Assembly (NCBI GenBank): GCA_964352875.1
Contig: CAYGTP010000002.1
Coordinates: 4,244 to 68,243 of the forward strand
Direction: 5' to 3'
DNA: 64,000 nucleotides
From: an uncultured Candidatus Saccharibacteria bacterium
Lineage (GTDB): Bacteria > Patescibacteriota > Minisyncoccia > Phycocordibacterales > UBA918
Shown here: piece after piece, positions 9,901-18,020 of the stretch
Layout of the letters: every line of letters starts with the position of its first letter
Numbering within the stretch: position 1 is the stretch's first letter
Position numbers and translations under genes: made by a program
The notes under the pieces: generated by a model
What the model was told of the DNA's origin: nothing
The model's database searches: none
Seen by the model: only the letters and a program-made list of their open reading frames with translations

Positions 9901-10109
9901 CTGGCGACGATATCTTATCGGGGGCATCCACTCGATTCTCAGCCAATGACAGTTTTGCCGCCTTAACTACGGTGCCGGCCGAAGTACTGTATAACCCCAC
10001 TCCAATTGATGAGTACCATGATGTACTATACAAGATTGAAGTACGTGAAGGACTACCAGCCGGTGACTATGAAACTGACATCGTCTATCTCGCCGTTCCA
10101 GTATTTTAA
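3933..10109 (+). CDS. Giant 2058-aa secreted surface protein: Asp-box beta-propeller, tandem repeats, WxL-like C-terminal domain
   Basis: Signal peptide; Asp-box KTTNGGASW; ~350-aa tandem duplication; C-terminus HRLSVDTNATEGYQV...LPAGDYETDIVYLAVPVF resembling WxL domains. Confidence 0.8.
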   Translation: MSTWFKHNRLFNCGQKLITGFLLCLLLFSDVVPLLLYGPLSYNKIEAAEAQIDDLASGAQAEHIQAGANTVFIDDQTGYKFYVESNGRCFYKKTTNGGASWGSQTQFDDDPNCTSPVVWYDRWTPGDTGNYIHITTLAIGTGAENINYNRLDTADNDALLMGSSPVNISSTTITTLSLGAGNKQAMTKGTDGTIYAAINDNGGSPVVECSADCQLEGSWSATGVSPMDLSNDFLLLQPMLGDNIMLIVRDVSAEDIEYQIWNNAIWGGAWNTIDANAFDNTTYDVGMSAVTHPETGDIYLAYVTDHQTLGTDDDIRTAKYTESSGLWTNTADVVTDDSKGLLSVALALDANTSDVYVAYAARTTPGTANSANVYWASSTAAMSSWSGEQGPVNSGSDNNYGLSLNHYSDERIHASWYDDASRDVLSDTIADITPVTVVTATGTQRATVRASTSATYIGGAFVIKENVTTRNVTSITITEQGTIDGATAIGNIALFYDISTTSPYNCSEDSYQGNEPQFDVTDTNGFSGANGIASFSDLVAISPTDTLCVYPVVEVLKSANDGDTIDITITNPATDVLVGGSVTAVPSSVISITGSTTVRDDVLTQTHYHWRQDTGSEALSPSATGGIEDTPISALQTEVPRRLRIGLSNDGSTTTFPTTFRLEYGVAAPTCNDVGTWIDVAEADDDWNMFDSSNLTNGADTTDVAVGLGGVSPENNFFLTPNGGVRDTESETGSMQVDFDEYTALEYSIVASTTATEGNTYCFRVSDQGQPIEQYDVLPQVTISADVRVRATGTQAVSADIPTDNLYIGGAFTITENVSSRDVTSVTLTEVGTVDGAAGVTDIRLYYDLDTTFPYNCASESFTGNELQYGATSTAFSSANGSTTFTATVGISTTSTLCLYPVLDITPDATDGETVDVILSSGSGDVVVSGGGSVAPTTPIDITGSTTLNGAIVTQTHYHWRNDSGSETGASSATGGIEDTPLTDFDLGAEIRLRVGVSNEGATTSIPKRYGLEYGIKLDECSDVTVWIDVADTADAWDMFDSSNLTNGETTTDISTTTGGVSDENAVFLGSNGGVVDTESFTATTTLRNNEYTDFEYSITSTADTLYDSTYCFRVTQNGVSLLAYNTYPEITMTPKRDFRIQRGQVVLTGTSTTLLAGVDYVAPSASTSAFVRITNAHHTGAGRNDLGGNQNARDYSSYIENPENLETSITFTRSQVNPIQNTFISWELVEFVGDPGTDNEMIVRDHGTINYSASELVATGTALGTVDTDGDVVVFITAQSHPGNTRAEGYAHQSTSEWNSATGEPVFRRSATGGNEGFVSYAVVEFTGINWKVQRVEHDYAGTTPGEPDLVPITPVNSLNRTFLHTQKRVDGNGLMTDFGHLVWVSSMGALSFQLEASAATTTVNHVSVAWVIENTQTSDGAMTVQREGSTFTGGADVQTRAIGILTELEATNNASIFAVTSHSQTVNNMPRGLASFYIASTTAYEIYRAESAGILSYWTEVVSWPVANISVRQNYYNFYVEDGQLDPQDQWPVGPSSVGENAPITALDEPLGEGERIRIRMSTRIGNANLPAGLLSVKLQYGVRTATCSAVGDWFDVGQFASSTIWRGYDVAALTDGVALSTEPPGIGDLNLSVSDVSGSYIEANPSVANPFDVQDGEDVEFDWVIEHNGANSSTFYCFRMVNSDGTPLDGYFNYPELRTAGFTPVGGDWRWYDDAENITPSLALAAENVAPTDIANSNTIVLRTVVDELKVVQGNNVKFKLQFSQSPNFLTASDVVASSTCQADSLWCYADGGANDNTVLASSTLGQADSCFGGVGNGCGSYNESGTLVAGLTHAAGAAAEYAFVLQHAGARANGVYYFRLYDVTNDAPLIASSTYPSLVTEGAQLVFGVAGLPSATTTEGVVTDVASTPDAINFGTLGLNMAIEAAHRLSVDTNATEGYQVFVFATQDLINSYGTAIDPIISTNEVPAGWSSACPVEATGCFGYHAGDDILSGASTRFSANDSFAALTTVPAEVLYNPTPIDEYHDVLYKIEVREGLPAGDYETDIVYLAVPVF

Positions 10110-10124
10110 GCTACTATACACACT

Positions 10125-11132
10125 ATGCGTTTATTTCTCATTACATTACTCATCCTTGCAAGCATCACGCCAGGGGTGATTAGTGCGTACTCAGTGAGCC
10201 CGCTACTCATTGATCGCGAGACGGAAGGTCGCGATATTATTAAGCAAACTATCACGCTGTCAAATCCGTCTAATAGCCCAGCTAGAATTTATGCCTCAGT
10301 CCATGAAGTGGCACTTGATGAAGGAGGCACTATTAAAGAATTTATTCCGCCTTCAGAGGTAGACAATAAAACTGCTATTACCAGTTGGATAGAAATTACT
10401 CGTGGTCGGATAGTTCTCGAGCCAGGTGAAGTGAGGGAAATCCCCGTGACTATCCGCATGAATCCTAATGCAGCACCAGGGCAGTATCACGGGTTGATTG
10501 GGTTTGGAACTGGTTCTAACCGCACAGATGCGGAAGCTCGGGTACTAGCCGGCACAGCACCAGCGACTATTGTCAGGCTGTCGCTTAACGAAAAGCGAAC
10601 AGAATTTCTCAGGCTTAAAAATTTTATTATTAATAGATTTGTCACAGATGATACTGACGGTGCTATCTCGTACGAAATTGAAAACCCAGGTGAATCCCCA
10701 GTCACGCCAACTGGCGAAATAATTTTTTATGACAATCGTGGCAACGAAGTCGGTGCTACCGCAGTAAATCCTGAAGGGGTAGTCGTGGAGGCAGGGAAGT
10801 CTGCCGCCTTTACTAGCTCGGTTCCAGATAATCAGTCGCTCGGTCGTTACAAAGCTTTTTTGTCAGTTGAGTACGGTAAAAAACAACTCGCTTCAGTGCA
10901 TGACACAGCTTTCTTTTATATGATTCCATTTAAACAGCTTATAATGCTATTTGGACTATTTCTGCTGCTCGCTGTATTGTTAACGTGGTGGCTCCACCGC
11001 CGGATGTACCGCGCTCATGGAATAGCACATCCTGATCACGAAGTAGTGCCAATGTACATTCGGAGCGGTTCAGATGCCCCTAAATTTGATCATGATATCG
11101 ACCTTAAGAAAAAACCTGAAGAAAACAACTAG
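10125..11132 (+). CDS. DUF916/WxL-interacting-protein-like membrane-anchored protein 1
   Basis: Signal peptide; SVSP..ITLSNP..SWIEI..LEPGE..IPVTI..PNAAPGQYHG domain; second Ig-like domain (IENPG..TPTGEI..LGRYKA); C-terminal TM. Confidence 0.7.
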   Translation: MRLFLITLLILASITPGVISAYSVSPLLIDRETEGRDIIKQTITLSNPSNSPARIYASVHEVALDEGGTIKEFIPPSEVDNKTAITSWIEITRGRIVLEPGEVREIPVTIRMNPNAAPGQYHGLIGFGTGSNRTDAEARVLAGTAPATIVRLSLNEKRTEFLRLKNFIINRFVTDDTDGAISYEIENPGESPVTPTGEIIFYDNRGNEVGATAVNPEGVVVEAGKSAAFTSSVPDNQSLGRYKAFLSVEYGKKQLASVHDTAFFYMIPFKQLIMLFGLFLLLAVLLTWWLHRRMYRAHGIAHPDHEVVPMYIRSGSDAPKFDHDIDLKKKPEENN

Positions 11133-12738
11133 TACTCTCTTGCTTGGAGGTCTATTGTTTGTCCTGTTACCGAGCCAAACTGTTCTAGCGCAGGAAACGT
11201 TGACACTCAGCGTGACACCGACGCTATTTGAGATGTCAGCTGAACCAGGGCAAGTATGGAATAGTAGCATTAAGGTAGCTAACCCAAATCAGTATAAGTT
11301 AACGGTCTATCCTTCGGTAGTAAATTTTGCGCCGCAGGGTGAGCGGGGAATGGGTAAATTTTTACCAGTATTTGACACTGGAACATCAGGCGCCACCCTC
11401 GCTGAGTGGATTACCGTTTCGCCCGACCCTGTAGTGATAGAGCGTGAAAAAAGTGCAGTCATTCCTATTTCAGTAGTTGTTCCACCCGACGCTGCGCCAG
11501 GAGGACATTTTGCCGCTATTTTAGTTGGTACCAAACCGCCAGAGGCAACTGGTGAATTAGCTGTTCGAACCAGCCAGATGGTCACGTCGTTATTTTTTGT
11601 ACGAATTGCCGGAGATGTGATAGAGGAGGGTACAATTCGTAGCTTTAGAGCAGCTAATTCTTTTGTGGATGCCCCGCAAGCCGATTTTGAGTTACGTTTT
11701 GAAAATAAAGGTAATGTACATCTGCAGCCCCAAGGAACAATTATTATTACCAATATGTGGGGCGAAGAGCGCGGACGGATTCCGATTAATCACGATACGC
11801 ACTTTGGTAACGTACTGCCAGATAGTGTTCGTAATTTTGAATTTAGTTGGTCAAGTGCTGCGGGTTTTTCTGAAATTGGCCGATACAAAGCAGTCGCAAC
11901 GTTGGCTTATGGTCGCGATGCCCGGAATTTTCAAACGAGAGAGATTGCGTTTTGGGTAGTTCCCGTTAAAGAAGTGTTGCTCACCATTGCACTATTGGTT
12001 GCTATTGCTTGGTTTGTGAGCTGGGTAGTAAAAGCGTATATTCGTCGCATGTTGATTCTCTCTGGTATCAACCCGGATGACGCTAAGCGCCGCGCTCGGG
12101 TACAGCGAGATGTGGCTGGGGCGCACACGGTTGAACTTCGCAACTATCGCACTATCAGTGCGCCGGTTCGCTCGGGTTGGTTAGACTTACGTCAGCAGTT
12201 GGAAACAGTTAAAGCAGTGAGTGGTTATATGCGAGTGCTCGGACAGTTTGCTTGGCAGTATCGATTATTCTTCATAGGAATAATTGGATTTATGGTAATT
12301 GGAGTGATTGCCTGGTGGTATGCGATTGGGGCCACTGCTTCACGTGATTATCAGGTTACTATTGGCACAGAAGAAACGGCTGTTACATTGACCGCAGAAG
12401 AAATTTACTATAACCAACTCAGGCAAGTAGAGCGCAGTCCATTGGTAGTTACGCAATCCACTTCTACTCCAATTTCAGTCGTGAATGTCAGTGGTGAAAA
12501 CGGTACCGCGGCCCAAGTGCGGTTAATACTAGAAAAAGCTGGATACGTTGTAACGGACATGGGTAGCGATAGTGAGCGAAATGATCGACGTACTGTGGTG
12601 GTCTATAGTGTCGATGTTCAACAGCAGGCAGCTGCTATTAGTCGCGAACTGGATGGGGCTTTGCTCTCAGCTAGTACCGGCAGTAGTACCAACGAAATCA
12701 TTATTTATGCTGGCCAAGACAGCATTGTGTCCGAATAG
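11092..12738 (+). CDS. DUF916/WxL-interacting-protein-like protein 2 with C-terminal LytR_C-like domain
   Basis: LSVTP..LAEWI..VPPDAAPGGHFAAILV; FENKGNVHLQPQGTI..IGRYKA; two TM helices; C-terminal VVNVSGENGTAA..LEKAGY..IIIYAGQD; start chosen at second Met. Confidence 0.7.
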   Translation: MISTLRKNLKKTTSTLLLGGLLFVLLPSQTVLAQETLTLSVTPTLFEMSAEPGQVWNSSIKVANPNQYKLTVYPSVVNFAPQGERGMGKFLPVFDTGTSGATLAEWITVSPDPVVIEREKSAVIPISVVVPPDAAPGGHFAAILVGTKPPEATGELAVRTSQMVTSLFFVRIAGDVIEEGTIRSFRAANSFVDAPQADFELRFENKGNVHLQPQGTIIITNMWGEERGRIPINHDTHFGNVLPDSVRNFEFSWSSAAGFSEIGRYKAVATLAYGRDARNFQTREIAFWVVPVKEVLLTIALLVAIAWFVSWVVKAYIRRMLILSGINPDDAKRRARVQRDVAGAHTVELRNYRTISAPVRSGWLDLRQQLETVKAVSGYMRVLGQFAWQYRLFFIGIIGFMVIGVIAWWYAIGATASRDYQVTIGTEETAVTLTAEEIYYNQLRQVERSPLVVTQSTSTPISVVNVSGENGTAAQVRLILEKAGYVVTDMGSDSERNDRRTVVVYSVDVQQQAAAISRELDGALLSASTGSSTNEIIIYAGQDSIVSE

Positions 12739-12747
12739 TGATATAAT
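12739..12747 (+). promoter_or_regulatory. Extended -10 promoter (TGnTATAAT) 6 nt before ATG, probable leaderless transcript
   Basis: TGATATAAT-taagga-ATG(12754). Confidence 0.5.
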
Positions 12748-12753
12748 TAAGGA

Positions 12754-13242
12754 ATGAGTAAAAGAGGAATCATTCTATCAATAGTACTATTTTTATTACT
12801 AGTGGTTGGTATGTTTAGCTACACTTTCCTTAAAAGTACCGAACTTGAACAGATGAATGATGTGTCAAATGATACGGTAGTTACTGATGATGCTAATCAA
12901 CGAGGGTATATGCCTGACGATATCACTGCCAAACATTTCTTTATCGACGGTGTGCATACCCTGGTTGGAGACATTCCACTTTCTACTCCGTGCGATTTGT
13001 TAGAATGGAATGCCTTTGTGGCTGAATCGTATCCAGAACAAGTACGGATTGATTACTCTACCTTAAATACATCTGAAGATTGTATCCAAGTAATTACGTC
13101 ACAACGATTTAAAGTCACTTTTACTGCTAGTGCAGACGCTGATATATCAGCTCGGTTTAATACAAACAATATTCCACTTAACCTGATTCCGGCGGCACCA
13201 GGAGAAACACCTGATAATTTTGATGTGTTTATTAAAGGGTAG
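12754..13242 (+). CDS. Hypothetical membrane-anchored protein
   Basis: 162 aa, N-terminal TM helix, two Cys (TPCD, EDCIQV). Confidence 0.7.
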   Translation: MSKRGIILSIVLFLLLVVGMFSYTFLKSTELEQMNDVSNDTVVTDDANQRGYMPDDITAKHFFIDGVHTLVGDIPLSTPCDLLEWNAFVAESYPEQVRIDYSTLNTSEDCIQVITSQRFKVTFTASADADISARFNTNNIPLNLIPAAPGETPDNFDVFIKG

Positions 13243-13283
13243 TGAAAGATATTGCCTAAGGTAACGTACCAACATAGAACTGT

Positions 13284-14402
13284 ATGAAATATCTATTTTC
13301 TATTCTATTAGTGGCCGGCGTAACTTACTTTACATTTCATTACTTTTTTGGTTCAAATACTGAACCTGAAATGACTACCGCTGCAGTCAATACTGCGGAT
13401 GATATCGCAGTGGAATCTACAGAAAATAAACAAACCATTGTGCCAGCCACGGTGGTGAGGACCAGACCACTTGATACTTACGAAGCTGAAACAAAGCCAT
13501 CTCCCAGAACCCTGTACCAGTCTGATGAAGTAGAACTTCCGCTAGCTGGAAGTGCCCCAACGACAAATGTGACCCATTCAATTTCGATTGAAGAAATTCG
13601 ACAAGGTTGCTTTATTCAAGATTGTATACAGTCGGTAGACAATCCAGAATTTATTAGCGTGACCGAGGCCGAAGCGTTATTGCCGCCAGATAGTATTGGT
13701 ATCGCACTAACGTATAAAGATGAAGTGCGATTTTATCCATTTCCTATGCTCGAAACGCACGAGTTGGTCAATGATGTGGTAGCGGGGGACCCGTTACTTG
13801 TTTCGTATTGTCCGCTGTGTGGTACGGGAATTGTATTTGATCGTCGTTTAGATGGAGCAGCAGTTGAGTTTGGAGTATCTGGAATGTTGTGGCAATCAAA
13901 TTTATTGATGTATAACCGCGCTGAAGCGATAGAAGACCGCAATCTGTGGTCTCAAGTATTGGGAGAGGCAGTAGTCGGCAATCGAGCTGGTCAAGCATTA
14001 CAAATTGTCCCTAGTGACATCGTCCGGTTCAGTGACTGGAAAGTGTTACATCCAGAGGGACTCGTACTAACAACGGGTAGCCCACGTGATCCTTATGGGG
14101 GCAACTATTATGCGGTGGCCAGCAATTTTGCCCCTAATTTCAGTGCTGCTGATTCTCCACTTGACCCTTCGACCTATGTCTACGGCATTACGCTTGAGGG
14201 TGTGAGTAAGGCATATCCACGAGATATGGTACCGCCCGGGATAACTACTGATGTGGTAAATGGTCAAACTGTTATACTCGAACGACAAGGAGATACTGTC
14301 TCATTTACCACTGAGACCGGAACGTTGATACCAGACAAAGAAGGCTTTTGGTTTTCTTGGGTCTCTGCCTATCCAGAGACTGAATTGTGGAATAATACGT
14401 AA
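13284..14402 (+). CDS. DUF3179 family protein (CxxC)
   Basis: Motifs HELVND, SYCPLCGTG, FGVSGMLWQSNLLMYNR, LWSQ, FWFSWVSAYP. Confidence 0.85.
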   Translation: MKYLFSILLVAGVTYFTFHYFFGSNTEPEMTTAAVNTADDIAVESTENKQTIVPATVVRTRPLDTYEAETKPSPRTLYQSDEVELPLAGSAPTTNVTHSISIEEIRQGCFIQDCIQSVDNPEFISVTEAEALLPPDSIGIALTYKDEVRFYPFPMLETHELVNDVVAGDPLLVSYCPLCGTGIVFDRRLDGAAVEFGVSGMLWQSNLLMYNRAEAIEDRNLWSQVLGEAVVGNRAGQALQIVPSDIVRFSDWKVLHPEGLVLTTGSPRDPYGGNYYAVASNFAPNFSAADSPLDPSTYVYGITLEGVSKAYPRDMVPPGITTDVVNGQTVILERQGDTVSFTTETGTLIPDKEGFWFSWVSAYPETELWNNT

Positions 14403-14404
14403 CT

Positions 14405-15073
14405 ATGAATACCATCAAAGAATTAGCCACACCATTTGCCATTGTAATTGGGTTCGGTATGGTCGCTGCTGCTCTCTATGTTACTGGTGGTGCAACTGGG
14501 GCATCGGCAAAACAAAGCGATCAAGCTCTGGCACCACAGACCGGTCAATCAGTCGAACGAATCGCTGAGGCTAGAATATACGGAGACATTAATGCGCCGG
14601 TGACGATTGTTGAATTCTCAGATGTTGAATGTCCGTTTTGTGGTCGCCTGCATCCCACGCTAAAGCGCTTGGTTGATGAATCTGCCGGAGAAATTAATTG
14701 GGAGTACCGACATTTACCACTACCGAGTCATCGTAACGCAGTGGCGGGAGCTGTGGCTAGTGAATGTGTTGCAACACTCGCGGGGGATAAATCATTTTGG
14801 GATTATCTAGATATTCTTTTTGCCAATCAAGGTGGTCACTCACAAGCATTTTATACTGATGCAGCCGTCAGTTTAGGAATCGAAGCGGAGGACTTCAATG
14901 TCTGTATGTCGAGCGAAGCCCCACTTGCCTTAGTGCAGCAAGATGCTGAGACCGCCCAAGCACTCGGAGGGCAGGGGACGCCCTTCAGTGTCATCGTGTT
15001 TGCCGATGGATCGACTCGCCCCGTGTCGGGCGCGTTGCCGTATGAGCAATGGAAAAGCTTGTTGACCCTATAA
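14405..15073 (+). CDS. dsbA: DsbA-family thiol-disulfide oxidoreductase
   Basis: GDINAPVTIVEFSDVECPFC, YRHLPL, GTP cis-Pro loop, N-terminal anchor. Confidence 0.85.
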   Translation: MNTIKELATPFAIVIGFGMVAAALYVTGGATGASAKQSDQALAPQTGQSVERIAEARIYGDINAPVTIVEFSDVECPFCGRLHPTLKRLVDESAGEINWEYRHLPLPSHRNAVAGAVASECVATLAGDKSFWDYLDILFANQGGHSQAFYTDAAVSLGIEAEDFNVCMSSEAPLALVQQDAETAQALGGQGTPFSVIVFADGSTRPVSGALPYEQWKSLLTL

Positions 15074-15078
15074 ACAAT

Positions 15079-15639
15079 ATGGATCGCAGTAGCCTTATTA
15101 CGTTGGGAGTTATCACAACAGTCATACTAGTGGTTGGATTGTATGTATGGTATGCAGTCAATCAATCACACATTGCCAACCAGATACCCAGTGATGCTGT
15201 TGTTGCCTTGACTACGACTGACGATACGTACACAGATTTGGATGGTAATCCGGTCAGTTTAGAGCAATATCTCGGAGCCCCTCTCGTTGTTAATTCGTGG
15301 GCCAGTTGGTGTCCGTTTTGTGTCACTGAATTGCCGGACTTAAATACCCTCGCTGAAGAATTTGCTGACCAAAATGTTACCGTTCTGGCAATCAACCGAA
15401 AAGAAAGTAAGGTCCAAGCCCAACGGTATCTGAGTACTGTGCCTGACTTAAATAATCTAGTGATTGTACTTGATACCAAAGATACCTTTTACAAATCTAT
15501 TGGTGGTTTTACTATGCCAGAGACTATTTTTTATGACGCAGCTGGTAACGTGATAGTGCATAAACGTGGCTTCATGAAATTGCCAGAAATGCGACAGCAC
15601 CTTGACTCAGCAATTACTGCAACAAATGACGATCAATAG
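15079..15639 (+). CDS. TlpA/ResA-family membrane-anchored thioredoxin
   Basis: VVNSWASWCPFCVTELP, MPETIFYD; start taken at internal Met after the upstream stop. Confidence 0.85.
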   Translation: MDRSSLITLGVITTVILVVGLYVWYAVNQSHIANQIPSDAVVALTTTDDTYTDLDGNPVSLEQYLGAPLVVNSWASWCPFCVTELPDLNTLAEEFADQNVTVLAINRKESKVQAQRYLSTVPDLNNLVIVLDTKDTFYKSIGGFTMPETIFYDAAGNVIVHKRGFMKLPEMRQHLDSAITATNDDQ

Positions 15640-15651
15640 CGTATCACTAGT

Positions 15652-16416
15652 ATGGTTGAGTTAGACATTGCCTTCGCTACCGCTGCATTTGTGGCCGGAG
15701 TGCTGATGTTTTTAGCTCCTTGTACACTGCCTCTCGTACCAGCCTACTTAGCGTTTATTAGTGGGCTTACGCCAAACGATCTGAGAGACCCGGCTACAGC
15801 TACAGCAGCTAGGCGATCAATTTTGATCAATGGTCTACTATTTTGCATTGGTTTTTCAGTAATTTTTATCGTATTCGGCTTGCTCGCTGGGATGTTTGGA
15901 GCATATGTCGGTCAGTTTCGAGCAATATTGTCACAAGTCGGCGGTGCATTTATTATTGTCTTTGGCTTGATGATGCTAAATATTGTGCGCTTCACGCCAT
16001 TGCTACGAGAGCGACGCCTTAGAGTTCCCAGAATTTTTACTCCAGGCAATCCTTTGAGTGCGTTTGTGATCGGGTCGACTTTTGCTCTAGGATGGACACC
16101 GTGCGTCGGACCGGTACTTGCGTCAGTGTTGCTCCTAGCGTCAACATCAGCCACAATCTGGTCTGGAGGACTCTTGCTAACAATCTTTTCGCTTGGATTA
16201 TCAGTGCCGTTTATCGTGACTGCAGTACTCTATGCACGAGCCACAAAAGTAATTAACAGCGTAACGCGTATTAGTAAATGGATATCTTGGATTGGGGGTC
16301 TGTTTTTAATTCTAATTGGTTTGTTATTACTGACTGAAAATTTTGGCCTTATGCTTGAATATGGCTACCGGATCTTTTACTTTATCGGTTTTGAAGCATT
16401 ATTTAATTATCTCTAA
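15652..16416 (+). CDS. ccdA: CcdA/DsbD transmembrane electron transporter
   Basis: FLAPCTLPLVPAYL and GWTPCVGPVL motifs, about six TM helices. Confidence 0.9.
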   Translation: MVELDIAFATAAFVAGVLMFLAPCTLPLVPAYLAFISGLTPNDLRDPATATAARRSILINGLLFCIGFSVIFIVFGLLAGMFGAYVGQFRAILSQVGGAFIIVFGLMMLNIVRFTPLLRERRLRVPRIFTPGNPLSAFVIGSTFALGWTPCVGPVLASVLLLASTSATIWSGGLLLTIFSLGLSVPFIVTAVLYARATKVINSVTRISKWISWIGGLFLILIGLLLLTENFGLMLEYGYRIFYFIGFEALFNYL

Positions 16417-16420
16417 TATT

Positions 16421-17659
16421 ATGAACCCGTTTGAACAAATATTGTCATACATCACTAAAGCCGCTGATGCTCACACCCTTACTGAGGCAGAAAAAAAATG
16501 TTTGTTTACGCCGTACCAGGTGCATGACACGAGTATTACTGTCGATCTTGAATCAGGACTACAATCATTACCTGCCTACCGTGTGCAATTCAATAACGCC
16601 CGTGGCCCATACAAAGGTGGCATTCGATTTCATCCCGACGCTGATATCGAAGAAGTAAAAGCCCTAGCAGCGGCCATGGCAATCAAATGCGCGGTAGTAA
16701 ATATCCCACTTGGCGGCGCCAAAGGTGGGGTAGTGGTTGATCCAAAGTTACTTTCTCCAGCTGATTTAGAAAAGGTGGCCCGTGCGTATATTGGTGTGAT
16801 GCATACGCATATTGGCGTTGACCAAGACATTCCAGCCCCGGATGTGTATACAAATCCACAAATTATGGCTTGGATGCTTGATGAATACGAAAAGATTACC
16901 GGTCGCAGTGAACCAGGTATGATTACCGGTAAACCACTAGAGCTTGGCGGGAGCGCCGGACGAGGGACAGCTACCGCGCAAGGTGGGGTGTATATTCTGG
17001 AAAAAGCAGTCGAGGATAAAAAATTAAAACGGAGCAATCTCAAAGTTGCGATTCAAGGTTTCGGTAACGCTGGAGCTGTCGTGGCGCAACTGTTGCATGG
17101 GCTAGGTTATACCATCACGGCAGTTTCAGACAGTCGGGGTACCGTCATTGGTGATCGTGGCTTAAATCCGCATGAAGTTGAGCGAATTAAAACTGAGCAA
17201 GGTAGTGTCACCGCTTGTTCTGGAGAATATATTACCGTCTCCAGTGATCCTAACGACGTACTCTATGCTGACGTTGATATACTCATTCCGGCAGCGCTTG
17301 ATAATGCCATTTCTGAGGCAAATGTAGATCAGGTGAAAGCTCGTATTATTTTAGAATTAGCCAATAATCCGATTACTCCACAAGCTGACAAAATACTGTT
17401 TGAGCGTGGCGTTACAGTACTGCCGGATGTGCTTGCTAATGCCGGTGGGGTAACGGTATCGTATTTAGAATGGGTACAGAATCGCCAGCAGTACTACTGG
17501 ACTGAAGAAGATGTACTCAAAGAACTGAAAAAAATTATGGCGAAGTCATACCACACCTTACGTCGACGGGTGAGTAGCACCGTGTCATTTAGGGATGCTG
17601 CGTACGAGATTGCAGTAGAACGGATTATTGTAGCCATGCGCCTGCGCGGGCACGTGTAA
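16421..17659 (+). CDS. gdhA: Glu/Leu/Phe/Val dehydrogenase (glutamate dehydrogenase)
   Basis: RGPYKGGIRFHP, GGAKGG, DIPAPDV, ITGKP..GGS.GR, QGFGNAG, PDVLANAGGVTVSY. Confidence 0.92.
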   Translation: MNPFEQILSYITKAADAHTLTEAEKKCLFTPYQVHDTSITVDLESGLQSLPAYRVQFNNARGPYKGGIRFHPDADIEEVKALAAAMAIKCAVVNIPLGGAKGGVVVDPKLLSPADLEKVARAYIGVMHTHIGVDQDIPAPDVYTNPQIMAWMLDEYEKITGRSEPGMITGKPLELGGSAGRGTATAQGGVYILEKAVEDKKLKRSNLKVAIQGFGNAGAVVAQLLHGLGYTITAVSDSRGTVIGDRGLNPHEVERIKTEQGSVTACSGEYITVSSDPNDVLYADVDILIPAALDNAISEANVDQVKARIILELANNPITPQADKILFERGVTVLPDVLANAGGVTVSYLEWVQNRQQYYWTEEDVLKELKKIMAKSYHTLRRRVSSTVSFRDAAYEIAVERIIVAMRLRGHV

Positions 17660-17677
17660 TAATTTTAAAAACTGGTA

Positions 17678-17711
17678 AAGAGCCACTTTGACTCCGTCAA
17701 AGTGGCTCTTT
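17678..17711 (+). terminator. Intrinsic terminator-like hairpin after gdhA
   Basis: AAGAGCCACTTTGAC-TCC-GTCAAAGTGGCTCTT, 15-bp stem. Confidence 0.7.
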
Positions 17712-17765
17712 ACATATAGCAGATATGCTATATAGTAAAAGTAGAAGAGTTCTTTGCGGAACTCT

Positions 17766-17839
17766 GTTTTGTTTTTCGGCTCTGTGAATTAGTCACAGGT
17801 TATCACTAGTCATGATAACCGAGTCGCAAAAAACAAAAT
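17766..17839 (+). promoter_or_regulatory. Candidate structured 5' leader (three-way junction with possible kissing loops)
   Basis: P1 17766-17782/17821-17839; P2 TGTGA/TCACA; P3 GGTTATCA/TGATAACC; ends 1 nt before ATG 17840. Confidence 0.5.
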
Positions 17840-18007
17840 ATGGGAATCTTTCGCGCTCTAGGGTTTATAATTGTTCTTTACGCGTTAAGTAACATTTTTA
17901 ATTCTGCATTTATAGCGTTTGAAGGAGCTGCTACACAGACCTTCAAAACCTTCGAGGCAGCAGCGATCCAGTCGCAGCGCCAGTTTGAACAAATGCAAAC
18001 TGATTAA
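17840..18007 (+). CDS. Small 55-aa membrane protein (not in ORF track)
   Basis: MGIFRALGFIIVLYALSNIFNSAFIAFEGAATQTFKTFEAAAIQSQRQFEQMQTD; followed by its own terminator. Confidence 0.65.
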   Translation: MGIFRALGFIIVLYALSNIFNSAFIAFEGAATQTFKTFEAAAIQSQRQFEQMQTD

Positions 18008-18020
18008 AAAGTTATTCGCC

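Noticed and set aside
13284-14402. Selenocysteine or TGA recoding (DUF3179; code 25 as in Gracilibacteria)
   Set aside because: The CxxC is encoded by TGT codons, and conserved genes end at TGA without read-through, consistent with code 11
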